Assembly: GCA_036507075.1 (NCBI GenBank)
Contig: DASXQR010000041.1
Span: forward strand, 1 to 38,000
Reading direction: 5' to 3'
Source: Acidobacteriota bacterium
Lineage (GTDB): Bacteria > Acidobacteriota > UBA6911 > JACQSX01
DNA: 38,000 nt
Of this stretch, positions 17,138 through 25,844 are shown one piece after another (position 1 is the stretch's first letter; the number at the start of each line of letters is the position of its first letter). The position numbers were made by a program, and so were the translations under genes. The notes beneath the pieces were generated by a model. It had not been told where the DNA came from. It worked only from the letters and a program-made list of their open reading frames with translations, and did not search any database.

Positions 17138-17817
17138 CTAGAAGCGCATTCGATAATTGATGCTCACACTTCTGCCCGGGCCATCAATTCCCCAACTGAT
17201 TCCACGATACGGATGGTCGGCGATGTTTTCGAATGCAAAGTACAAATCAGAGCCTTCTCGGACACGATAACCGCCCCGCGCATGAATCAGGCCATAGCCG
17301 GGAAAGTAGGTGAAGAGCGGCGCAGATACAGCGGCACCCAGCACTCGATTCTGCACTTGTGAAAGAGTTTCGCCCGTCGGGATGAGGAGATCGTCGGCTG
17401 TTCCGGGCCGGCTATCAGACCCGTTCCCTATCAAGCCCCGCACCCGCGCTCCGTTATTGAAAAAGGAAGCGATGTTCCCGCGCGATTCGGCACGATCACA
17501 GAGACAGGCGTTACAACCGCATCCTGAACTGCAATCGGTACATTGCGAGTGCTGAAATCCTTCCGGCTGACGGAAACGACGTAAGAACCAGCGGCGACGG
17601 ATTCGAATCTAAAGGCGCCCCGCGCATCGGTGCGGGCGACCCGCAAAGGATGTCGCTGCGCACTGAGAAGAGCGACTGTTGCATCCACCAGCGGGCGTCC
17701 AGACGGGTCAGCAACACTGCCACTTACCGAGCCTGCGTCGCCCTTAATTTGCCCCATACTACAAGTGCAGAGGATGAGCGAGATGAGCGCCGTAAGGGCC
17801 AACCGGGAGAAAGACAT
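17138..17817 (-). pseudogene. TonB-dependent receptor remnant with a large internal deletion and frameshift
   Basis: 17817-~17495 encodes a signal peptide plus carboxypeptidase-regulatory domain (GSVSGSVADPSG...TDARGAFRF...GSYVVSV). A second frame encodes the barrel end (GYGLIHARGGYR...FENIADHPYR...GPGRSVSINYRMRF*). The plug and most of the barrel are absent. Confidence 0.85.
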
Positions 17818-17865
17818 CCTGAGCCGTATAACACGAAAGGTATCAACGGGTAAACCCAGGTAATT

Positions 17866-17986
17866 TCTCAGAAAGGGCCTTGAAGTCGCATCCGGCCTGT
17901 GTCATTATCATCGATTAGAGCTTCTCAGAAATCTCTCAGAAAGATCGCGGCAAGAGCTTCTCAGAAATCTCTCAGAAAAATCTCAG
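17866..17986 (+). promoter_or_regulatory. TCTCAG direct-repeat array at 11-bp spacing; candidate winged-helix (OmpR/PhoB-type) operator
   Basis: TCTCAG at 17866, 17923, 17934, 17959, 17970 and 17981; exact 26-bp duplication agagcttctcagaaatctctcagaaa at 17917 and 17953; lies in a divergent intergenic region. Confidence 0.55.
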
Positions 17987-18128
17987 TTGCCTGTAAGGAC
18001 TTCCTGAATACCCGAAGGCTATGTTACGGCGGCGTTAGGTTCCTTCAGCCATTCTGGGTCGTCTGCCCGGCACAGGGGATGCCGCTCACCAGGGCTGAAA
18101 TGCAGTAAGACTACTCGGGGGGTTCCAA

Positions 18129-21100
18129 ATGTTATTCAAATGGGTACAGCGGTTCGTCGTCTTTTTCTTTGCCTGCGGTTTTCTCACAAGTTTCGGTGTG
18201 GCGCAGAAATTCTCGGATTGGTCAGGTCCTGCCAACCTCGGGTCAACTGTGAACACGGGATTTTTTGAGGGTTGTCCGTTCGTCTCAAAGACGGGTCTCA
18301 GTCTTTACTTTGCCTCAAACCGGCCGGGCGGACTTGGAGCTTTGGACATTTATGTTTCGCGCCGAGCCAGCGTGAACGATCCATGGGGACCTCCACAAAA
18401 TCTGGGACCCACGATTAACTCTACGCGCAGCGAGCAATGTGCGTTCCTAACTCCCGACGAAGACAAACTGATTTTTGTAAGTAATCGGCCGAGCGGACCC
18501 GGAGCAGGCGATCTTTATATCTCTTTTCGCAGCAACAAACAGGACGATTTCGGTTGGCAAGCGCCGCAAATCCTCACCGCACTCAACACTGCATTTGATG
18601 AATTCGGCCCCTGGGGATTTCAAAACCAGGCCACGGGAGTATTCACCCTGTATTTCAACTCAAACCGACCCGGCGGCTCGGGCGGTTATGACATTTACAC
18701 CAGCACACTCGGCGCTGACGGGAATTTCAGTCCGCCGGTGGTGGTACCCCAACTCAACACCGCCAGCAATGAAACGTTCCCCTCTGTTCGACCGGATGGA
18801 CTCGAATTATTCTTCGTATCCGATCGGCCGGGAGGCGTGGGAGGCTTGGACCTCTGGACGTCGACTCGCGCAAGTGTGTCAGATCCGTGGTCTGTTCCAG
18901 TAAACCTTGGGGCGGCCGTCAACAGTCCAGCCAATGACCAGGGCGCAGTCATCTCTTCGGACGGCAGCCGCATCGTTTTCTTTTCAAACCGGCCCGGCTC
19001 CATTGGCGACTTCGATCTCTACGAAATAACACGTCTCAATCTGCAGGCTCGGACCGGTCCGTTTTATTTTGCCCAGGCAGGAGGGGGCGGCGGCACATCA
19101 ACGACCATTACATTAGTAAACCCGTCGCCCACCCGCGCAGCCGCCGGGACGGTCTCGTTTTTTGGGGCTGGCGGTGGCCCACTCGGGTCTATTGTCAGTA
19201 ATCCTGTTGTTCCGTTTCAAATAGCGCCATCAGGTACTTTCGCCGTGCAGACCAATGCGCAAGCCGCGGCTACGGCCGGTTATGCGTGCATTTCCACCAG
19301 CGACACCGTGATGGCCTTCGCCCGCTACACTATTCCCGGGCTACCGGCGCTTGTCGTAGAGCCGTCAGCTTCAAACGCTTTCGTCTTCAACGCTCCTGTG
19401 TCAAGGGACTTATCGAGAGGAGTAGAAGTCGGCGTGGCCGTCGCCAACGTTTCTAATACGCCGGTTCGAGTGGCATTGAGTACCCGAGACAGCAGCGGAA
19501 GGCGGTTGCGTTCTCTGACGACGTCCATTACGCTTGGGCCCGGGGAACAGTTCAGCCGAAGCCTGCTGGAGCTGTTAGCCGCCCTTCCGGAGAAGTTCAC
19601 TGGCACGCTGGTCATCGAAGCGTTATCGCCGCTGCCGTCCCAGAGCCTTGCCGTCACGATTGTTCAATTCGGCGGCGGGGCCGTCAAAACGGTCCCGATA
19701 CAATCCACGGATGAGATATTTGATCCAGTGGGAGATTTCCTGCCTACCTACATTGGACCCAAGGCGGGAGACCTGGACGTCGTCAGCGCGCAGGCGACAT
19801 TTACCGGCGCCGAGTTCCTGTTTTCCGGGACGATGGACGCGCCCATTGGAACCACTCCCCGGGGTTTCTATGTGTGGGGAATCGATCGTGGTTTAGGATC
19901 CCAAAGGGCAAACTTTGCCCAACTGGGACTGCCGGACATCGTATTTGACCTGGTAGTCAGCATCACCCCAGGCGGGCCCATGCTTGTGAATGACCTGGAT
20001 GCCGGCATACGCACGCCCTTGCCGCCAGAGAACATTACGGTCAACGGCAGGAACATTCTGGTACGGGTTCCGTTGTCGCTGCTGCCGTCGAAGGGATTCA
20101 CGCCCCAAAACTATACGTGGAATCTATGGCCGCGCTGGGGCGGTATACCATTCAGCGACCCTCAGGTCTCGGATTTCGCTCCCAATAACCGTAATGCCAC
20201 GGTACGTACAGATAAGATAGTTGATCCGGTCGGAGATTTCGTGCCTACTTACGTTGGACCCCGTGGAGGAGACCTGGATGTAGTCAGCGCGCAGGCGATA
20301 TTCACCGGCACCGAGTTTCTGTTCTCCGGGACGATGGACGCCCCGATTGGAACTACTCCCCAGGGATTTTACGTGTGGGGGGTAGATCGTGGTGCAGGAT
20401 CACGCACCGCAAACTTTACGCAACTCGGATTGCCGGACATCGTGTTTGACCTGGTCGTCAGCATCACCCCAGGCGGGCCCATGGTTGTGAATGACCTGGA
20501 TGCCGGGATACGCACGCCCTTGCCGCCAGAGAATATCATTGTCAACGGTAGGAACATTTTGGTACGTGTGCCAGTGTCGCTGCTGCCGTCGAAGGGATTC
20601 ACGCCCCAGAATTACAAGTGGAATCTCTGGCCGCGGTGGGGCGGCGTACCATTCGGCGACCCTCAGATCTCAGATTTCGCTCCCAATAACCGCAATGCCA
20701 CGGTCCGTACCGATGAGGTGGTTGATCCAGTGGGAGATTTCCTGCCTACCTATGTCGGACCCCGGGCGGGAGATCTCGACGTGGTCAGCGCGCAGACGAT
20801 ATTTACCGGCACCGAATTTTTGTTCTCCGCAACGATGGACGCGCCCATTGGGACTACGCCCCCGGCTTTCTACGTGTGGGGAGTAGATCGAGGAATAGGA
20901 TCCCGCACGTCAAACTTTGCTCAACTGGGATTACCAGACATCGTGTTTGACCTGGTCGTCGTCGTCCGCCCTGGAGGGGACAGCGTTATCAATGATCTTG
21001 ATGCCGGAATCCGCGTTGCCTTAGCGGCAGCAAACATCACCATCAACGGCAAGAGTATTCTGGTACGGGTTCCATTGTCGCTGCTGCCGTCGAAGGGATT

Positions 21101-21221
21101 CACGCCCCAGAATTACGTGTGGAATCTATGGCCGCGTTGGGGCGGTATACCAATGAGTGATCCACAGATCTCGGATTTCGCTCCCAACAACCGTAACGCG
21201 GTGGTAAGTGCCGGCCCATAG
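18129..21221 (+). CDS. Secreted multidomain protein: PD40/TolB-like propeller, beta-sandwich region, three tandem 167-aa domains
   Basis: Signal ending GVA/Q; five repeats of WxxPxNLGxxxN...P...LYFxSNRPGGxGxxDIY; three copies of DPVGDFLPTYxGP...WNLWPRWGG...ISDFAPNN. Confidence 0.88.
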   Translation: MLFKWVQRFVVFFFACGFLTSFGVAQKFSDWSGPANLGSTVNTGFFEGCPFVSKTGLSLYFASNRPGGLGALDIYVSRRASVNDPWGPPQNLGPTINSTRSEQCAFLTPDEDKLIFVSNRPSGPGAGDLYISFRSNKQDDFGWQAPQILTALNTAFDEFGPWGFQNQATGVFTLYFNSNRPGGSGGYDIYTSTLGADGNFSPPVVVPQLNTASNETFPSVRPDGLELFFVSDRPGGVGGLDLWTSTRASVSDPWSVPVNLGAAVNSPANDQGAVISSDGSRIVFFSNRPGSIGDFDLYEITRLNLQARTGPFYFAQAGGGGGTSTTITLVNPSPTRAAAGTVSFFGAGGGPLGSIVSNPVVPFQIAPSGTFAVQTNAQAAATAGYACISTSDTVMAFARYTIPGLPALVVEPSASNAFVFNAPVSRDLSRGVEVGVAVANVSNTPVRVALSTRDSSGRRLRSLTTSITLGPGEQFSRSLLELLAALPEKFTGTLVIEALSPLPSQSLAVTIVQFGGGAVKTVPIQSTDEIFDPVGDFLPTYIGPKAGDLDVVSAQATFTGAEFLFSGTMDAPIGTTPRGFYVWGIDRGLGSQRANFAQLGLPDIVFDLVVSITPGGPMLVNDLDAGIRTPLPPENITVNGRNILVRVPLSLLPSKGFTPQNYTWNLWPRWGGIPFSDPQVSDFAPNNRNATVRTDKIVDPVGDFVPTYVGPRGGDLDVVSAQAIFTGTEFLFSGTMDAPIGTTPQGFYVWGVDRGAGSRTANFTQLGLPDIVFDLVVSITPGGPMVVNDLDAGIRTPLPPENIIVNGRNILVRVPVSLLPSKGFTPQNYKWNLWPRWGGVPFGDPQISDFAPNNRNATVRTDEVVDPVGDFLPTYVGPRAGDLDVVSAQTIFTGTEFLFSATMDAPIGTTPPAFYVWGVDRGIGSRTSNFAQLGLPDIVFDLVVVVRPGGDSVINDLDAGIRVALAAANITINGKSILVRVPLSLLPSKGFTPQNYVWNLWPRWGGIPMSDPQISDFAPNNRNAVVSAGP
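19710..21212 (+). repeat. Three in-frame 501-bp tandem domain repeats
   Basis: gatcc(a/g)gt(g/c)ggagatttc starts at 19722, 20223 and 20724, an exact 501-bp period. Confidence 0.95.
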
Positions 21222-21240
21222 CCCCCACGGCGCGAAGAAG

Positions 21241-21407
21241 GTGTGAAAACATTCACCACAGAGGCACAGGGCACACAGGGGAACTCTTAGTTTCTACTGG
21301 TCAGTTCCGATGTTGTGCTAGCAGAATCAAATACTTGCAATAGAGCTGGCAAGTTGAAGCTAAAGGTCTCTCTGTGAACCCTGTGTCCCGTGTGAATTTT
21401 TCCACAC
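21241..21407. repeat. Long imperfect hairpin with ACAGAG/ACAGGG 8/9-mer arms
   Basis: gtgtgaaaacattcaccacagaggcacagggcacacagggg pairs with ctctctgtgaaccctgtgtcccgtgtgaatttttccacac; inner stem ttagtttctactggtcagttc / gagctggcaagttgaagctaa. Confidence 0.75.
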
Positions 21408-21450
21408 GTGCCAACTTCCAGACACAGGCATGGCAGGAGGAATAAATTAG

Positions 21451-22965
21451 TTGATGTTGTTAACCAGACGACAAATGTTCAAAGTCGGCCTGATGGGTGG
21501 TTCTGCGCTTTTACTACCTAATTCGGCACATGATCCATCGATCATGTTTCCTCGTTCAAAAACCGCACGGCCGCTCGATGAGAATTTGGGCAGTCCTTCT
21601 GTTACGCCATTTACGAGGCCCCTTGTCATTCCTCCGGTGTTAACGCCTGTGGCTTCGGATAAATTCCGGGATTACTATGAGATTACAATGGGCGAGGCTC
21701 GAGCTGAGATCATTCCTGGAACATTGACGACCATCTGGGGGTATAACGGTCTTTATCCAGGACCCACTATCAAAGCAAGGAGCGGCCGGGAGATTATTGT
21801 CCGCCAGATTAATAACCTTCCAGAAACCATGTCCATACACTTGCATGGCGGCCATACCCCTCCGGGCTCGGATGGTCATCCTTATGATCTCATTGCCCCT
21901 GGCAGCAGCAAGGATTACTACTATCCCAACAACCAAATCCCGGCGACACTCTGGTATCACGACCACGCAGTGGATCTCACGGGCCGCCACGTCTATATGG
22001 GACTGGCCGGATTTTACATCATGACGGATGATTTTGAAGAGAGCCTGCGATTGCCGACGGGCGACCACGATATCCCTCTCATAATTCAGGATCGAATCTT
22101 CAACGCCGATGGATCGTTGAACTATCCGTTGAATGATCAAACCATTGTCGATGGTGTTTTAGGAGACAGACTTCTCGTAAATGGCGTTATTCAACCCCAC
22201 TTCGAAGTGGGGAGAAGAAAGATGCGCTTCCGGATAGTCAATGGATCGAACACGCGTTCCTATAGGCTGGCCCTGAGTTCCGGCCAGCCTCTGATACAAA
22301 TCGGGTCAGACGGAGGCCTCCTATCGCGGCCGGTTCCACGACTCTCTATCAATATCATTCCTGCAGAGCGACTCGATGTAATCATCGACTTCTCAGGCTA
22401 TCCCCCGGGCGCCAATGTCATTCTGCAAAATCTATTGGGCGTGGAACCTGGCTTGAGTGATGTTATTCAGTTCAGGGTTGTGCGAGAGGAGCCGGATGAC
22501 AGTTTTATTCCCTCTACCTTGCGCACGGTGGAACCTATACCAGAATCTTTAGCAGTCAGAACAAGAAGCTTTTCTTTGCGGGAAGCATCCATCAATGGCC
22601 GTCAACTGTGGACCATCAATGGAAACCTTTTCGATCCCGGGCGAATTGACGCTGCGCCTCGCTTGAATGATGTGGAGATCTGGGAATTTACCAGTAATTC
22701 CTATGACACGCACCCGATGCATATCCATGATATTCAGTGGCAGATCCTGGATATAAACGGCCAGAGGCCGCCTGCCGGAGATGATGGTTGGAAGGACGTT
22801 TTTCAAGTTCCTGCTTTAGGGCGAACACGTGTTATCGGTAAATTTACCGACCTTACCGGTATCTACGTTTTTCACTGCCACAAGCTTGAGCACGAAGACC
22901 ATGCCATGATGGCCCAATTCGAAGTGTTGCCTTCGGAAGGCAAGAGGAGTCGACTGCGTCCTTAG
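21451..22965 (+). CDS. Multicopper oxidase (CotA/bilirubin oxidase-like), Tat-exported
   Basis: TRRQMFK Tat motif; all four copper motifs present: HLHG, WYHDH, HPMHIH, HCHKLEHEDHAMM; RBS AGGAGG. The start may be ATG 21454. Confidence 0.93.
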   Translation: MMLLTRRQMFKVGLMGGSALLLPNSAHDPSIMFPRSKTARPLDENLGSPSVTPFTRPLVIPPVLTPVASDKFRDYYEITMGEARAEIIPGTLTTIWGYNGLYPGPTIKARSGREIIVRQINNLPETMSIHLHGGHTPPGSDGHPYDLIAPGSSKDYYYPNNQIPATLWYHDHAVDLTGRHVYMGLAGFYIMTDDFEESLRLPTGDHDIPLIIQDRIFNADGSLNYPLNDQTIVDGVLGDRLLVNGVIQPHFEVGRRKMRFRIVNGSNTRSYRLALSSGQPLIQIGSDGGLLSRPVPRLSINIIPAERLDVIIDFSGYPPGANVILQNLLGVEPGLSDVIQFRVVREEPDDSFIPSTLRTVEPIPESLAVRTRSFSLREASINGRQLWTINGNLFDPGRIDAAPRLNDVEIWEFTSNSYDTHPMHIHDIQWQILDINGQRPPAGDDGWKDVFQVPALGRTRVIGKFTDLTGIYVFHCHKLEHEDHAMMAQFEVLPSEGKRSRLRP

Positions 22966-22973
22966 TACTTATT

Positions 22974-23169
22974 TTGCAGAAATTCGCGTAATAGTTTTTC
23001 ACCACCAAGGCACCAAGACACCAAATGAGCCGAGGGGCAGGGAGAGACCGGTCAGATGAACATTTTGCAAGACCGGCGTTTATCAGGTCTGACCGGCCTC
23101 TCCCTGCCCCTCGACTACCTGGTGTCTTGGTGCCTTGGTGGTGAAGAATTGTTGCGCGAATTTTTGCAA
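22974..23169. repeat. 196-bp near-perfect palindromic element with (CACCAAG)x3 arms
   Basis: Arms 22974-23056 and 23088-23169 pair over about 82 bp with transition mismatches and one bulge; 31-nt loop. Confidence 0.9.
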
Positions 23170-23224
23170 TTAAGCACTGCGACTTAATGACGAACATAGT
23201 CGTAACAAGTTTTCACTACAGTTC

Positions 23225-25642
23225 ATGAGAACAAATAGAAATAGACCGGCAGCTTTCATATTTCATGGCGCAATCGTAGCAGCAACGGTCACGGTGGTGA
23301 TGTTGGCCTCTTTCTCTCTGCAGCACGGAAGTCCGAGGAGAGGTCCCGGGACTGACCGCCAGCCGGGCGATGTTGCAAGCCAACAGCAAAAACAACAAAC
23401 CAGCAAACCGCGCCGTCTCTACCGATCGGAAGGCACGCGCCGGATGGCTCAGCTATTGGCAGACCTTGGCAAGAACTATGATCAACGACTGATTGAACAA
23501 CGACCGGATTCGAATCTGGCCAGGTACGTCCGAAACATCAGGAAGCCTTTGGATCTTCGAAGCCGAACGTTATTAGAAGCCAAAGAAGGGTATGACCAGT
23601 TGCTGTTGGGTCACAGTAGAACAGCAGTGGACCTGTTTCGGCGTGTAAAGGAAACCGTTATACAGAATAAAGGCCTCTTTGATGACAATTTCTTCAGGGT
23701 TGTCCGAGACTATCTCGCCATTTCGTACCTTCGGATGGGAGAACAGGACAACTGCATTCACCGTCATAGTTCTGACTCCTGTCTGTTCCCGATTAGGGGC
23801 TCAGGCGTCCACAGTGTCAAAAATGGATCTCGCGCCGCAATTGAGGAGTATGCGGAGATTCTGAAGGACAATCCCGGAAATCTGACTGCCCGGTGGCTGC
23901 TCAATATCGCCTATATGACGCTGGGGAGATATCCGGGCGACATGCCAAAAAACTGGCTGATTTCACCAGACGTTTTCAAATCTGATTATGAGATTAAGCG
24001 CTTTCGTGATGTGGCCTCGCAATCGGGTGTGGATACTGCAGGGCTGGCGGGCGGGTGCATTTTGGAAGATTTCGATGGCGATGGCGATATCGATATTATG
24101 GTGTCCTCTTCCGGCCTTGATAAGGAGCGCGACCAGCTCCGCTACTTCCATAATAATGGAAATGGGACATTTGCCGATCAGACAGCAGAGGCAGGATTGG
24201 CGGGCATCATAGGCGGGATGAACCTGGTTCAGGCGGACTATAACAACGACGGATTTCCGGATGTCTTGGTTTTGCGGGGCGGCGGATTGCTTGGCACCCT
24301 GGCGCAACAGCCCCCTTCCCTGCTGCGCAACAACGGCGATGGCACTTTTGACGATGTCTCAGAGGCGGTCGGACTGCTCTCTTTGCAGCCGACCCAGACT
24401 GCGGCCTGGGCTGATTATGACAATGATGGTTGGCTGGATCTCTTTATGGGTGTCGAATCGAGTGCCGTCCCTTACTTCCAGTTGCCGCTGTACCAGGATT
24501 TACCCGAGCGAAAAGAACAGCCATGCAAACTGTACCATAACAATGGCGACGGCACCTTCACGGATGTTGCCGGTCAAGCGGGCGTGGCAGTACTTGGCTA
24601 TGTGAAAGGAGTGGCATGGGGAGATTACAACAACGACGGCCTCCCCGACCTGTTTGTTTCACGTATGTATGGACCCAACCTCCTGTTCAGGAATGATGGA
24701 AAGGACAGGGATGGCAAGTGGAAGTTCACTAATGTTGCTGCAATGGAGCCCTCGCAGAGCTTTGTGACCTGGTTCTGGGACTACAACAATGATGGCTGGT
24801 TGGACATATTTGTTTCCGGGTATTCCCTTCGCGGCATTGCTTACTCTGCCGGTCAGGTCGCTGCCGATTATTTGGGCTTGCCATTCACGGCCGAATTGCC
24901 TCGGCTGTACCGAAACAACGGGGACGGAAGCTTTCTTGATGTGAGCCGCGAAGTCAGACTCAACAGGGTGCTTTATGGAATGGGGGGCAACTTTGGAGAT
25001 CTTGATAACGACGGTTGGTCCGATTTGTATCTGGGAACCGGGGGTCCAGACTACCGGGCGTTGATGCCCAACCGCATGTTTCGCAACGCGGCAGCCAGAG
25101 TCTTTCAAGATGTTACAACATCCGGTGGAGTTGGACATCTGCAGAAAGGAGGAGGGATCGCTTTTGGTGACATAAATAATGATGGAAGTCAGGATATCTA
25201 TGCCGTGATCGGCGGCGAATTACCCGGTGATGCCTTTCAAAGGGCCCTTTTCCTAAACCCGGGATCTGCGAATCGTTGGATTACGTTGAGACTGGAAGGC
25301 GTCCAATCCAATCGTTCTGCAATAGGGGCACGCATAAAAGTAAGCATAAATACAGGGAACAAAATCAGAGATATTTATGCGATGGTGTCGAGTGGGGGAA
25401 GTTTCGGCGCATCCACGCTGCAACAGGAAATTGGCTTAGGGGAGGCAACTTCGATCCGGTCCATAGAAATCACGTGGCCCAGGACCGGAAAAGTTCAGAC
25501 CTTCAGACACATCAAGATGGATCAGATTGTTAAAATACGTGAGGGGGAGGAGAGGCCAGTCCGATTTCCTGAGCTTCAAAAAAAGCTAACGGCACGCGAA
25601 GCACAGAGCCACGTCCCGCAAGGGCGTGGCAGAACCCATTGA
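23225..25642 (+). CDS. CRTAC1-family FG-GAP/VCBS repeat protein with C-terminal ASPIC/UnbV domain
   Basis: Repeated DFDGDGDID, DYNNDGFPD, DYDNDGWLD, LYxNNGDGTF; C-terminal SNRSAIGARIKV...QEIGLG...IEITWP; N-terminal hydrophobic anchor. Confidence 0.92.
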   Translation: MRTNRNRPAAFIFHGAIVAATVTVVMLASFSLQHGSPRRGPGTDRQPGDVASQQQKQQTSKPRRLYRSEGTRRMAQLLADLGKNYDQRLIEQRPDSNLARYVRNIRKPLDLRSRTLLEAKEGYDQLLLGHSRTAVDLFRRVKETVIQNKGLFDDNFFRVVRDYLAISYLRMGEQDNCIHRHSSDSCLFPIRGSGVHSVKNGSRAAIEEYAEILKDNPGNLTARWLLNIAYMTLGRYPGDMPKNWLISPDVFKSDYEIKRFRDVASQSGVDTAGLAGGCILEDFDGDGDIDIMVSSSGLDKERDQLRYFHNNGNGTFADQTAEAGLAGIIGGMNLVQADYNNDGFPDVLVLRGGGLLGTLAQQPPSLLRNNGDGTFDDVSEAVGLLSLQPTQTAAWADYDNDGWLDLFMGVESSAVPYFQLPLYQDLPERKEQPCKLYHNNGDGTFTDVAGQAGVAVLGYVKGVAWGDYNNDGLPDLFVSRMYGPNLLFRNDGKDRDGKWKFTNVAAMEPSQSFVTWFWDYNNDGWLDIFVSGYSLRGIAYSAGQVAADYLGLPFTAELPRLYRNNGDGSFLDVSREVRLNRVLYGMGGNFGDLDNDGWSDLYLGTGGPDYRALMPNRMFRNAAARVFQDVTTSGGVGHLQKGGGIAFGDINNDGSQDIYAVIGGELPGDAFQRALFLNPGSANRWITLRLEGVQSNRSAIGARIKVSINTGNKIRDIYAMVSSGGSFGASTLQQEIGLGEATSIRSIEITWPRTGKVQTFRHIKMDQIVKIREGEERPVRFPELQKKLTAREAQSHVPQGRGRTH

Positions 25643-25708
25643 AGTTGGCCCCGAGGTAGCCCCCGCCACGCCCTTGCGGGAACGTGGCTCTGTGCTTCGC
25701 GTGCCGTT
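25588..25708. repeat. REP-like doublet: 43-bp inverted repeat whose arms are themselves hairpins
   Basis: aacggcacgcgaagcacagagccacgtcccgcaagggcgtggc (25588-25630) versus 25665-25708, with one extra A; overlaps the last codons of the CRTAC1 gene. Confidence 0.85.
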
Positions 25709-25844
25709 TACCCTTCATTTGGTCCGAACTTTGCAGGCCCTGAATGACCATCTCCAAATAGTCTCTCGCCCGCCGGGCCAGTTTGTTCACCCGCAGCCAG
25801 TATCCTGCTTCCAGAGCTGTGCTAAGATTAGTGTTCCTCTTTCC

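Noticed and set aside
16642..17141. ORFs 16642-17121 and 16830-17141 with repetitive peptides (SVVRGQW, TTDHGQL)
   Set aside because: They are translations of the heptamer arrays overlapping the aldolase gene, not credible proteins.
17917..17978. Mini CRISPR array
   Set aside because: There are only two 26-bp copies with a 10-bp gap, internal 11-bp periodicity and no cas genes.
19710..21212. Diversity-generating retroelement TR/VR pair
   Set aside because: All copies are in-frame coding domains, the differences I inspected are not adenine-specific, and no reverse transcriptase is in the window.
25626..25844. N-terminal extension of the sulfatase in the ORF track
   Set aside because: It starts at a GTG inside the REP doublet and overlaps the previous gene. 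A TGnTAAGAT extended -10-like box at about 25820 and a downstream hydrophobic segment favour a later start.
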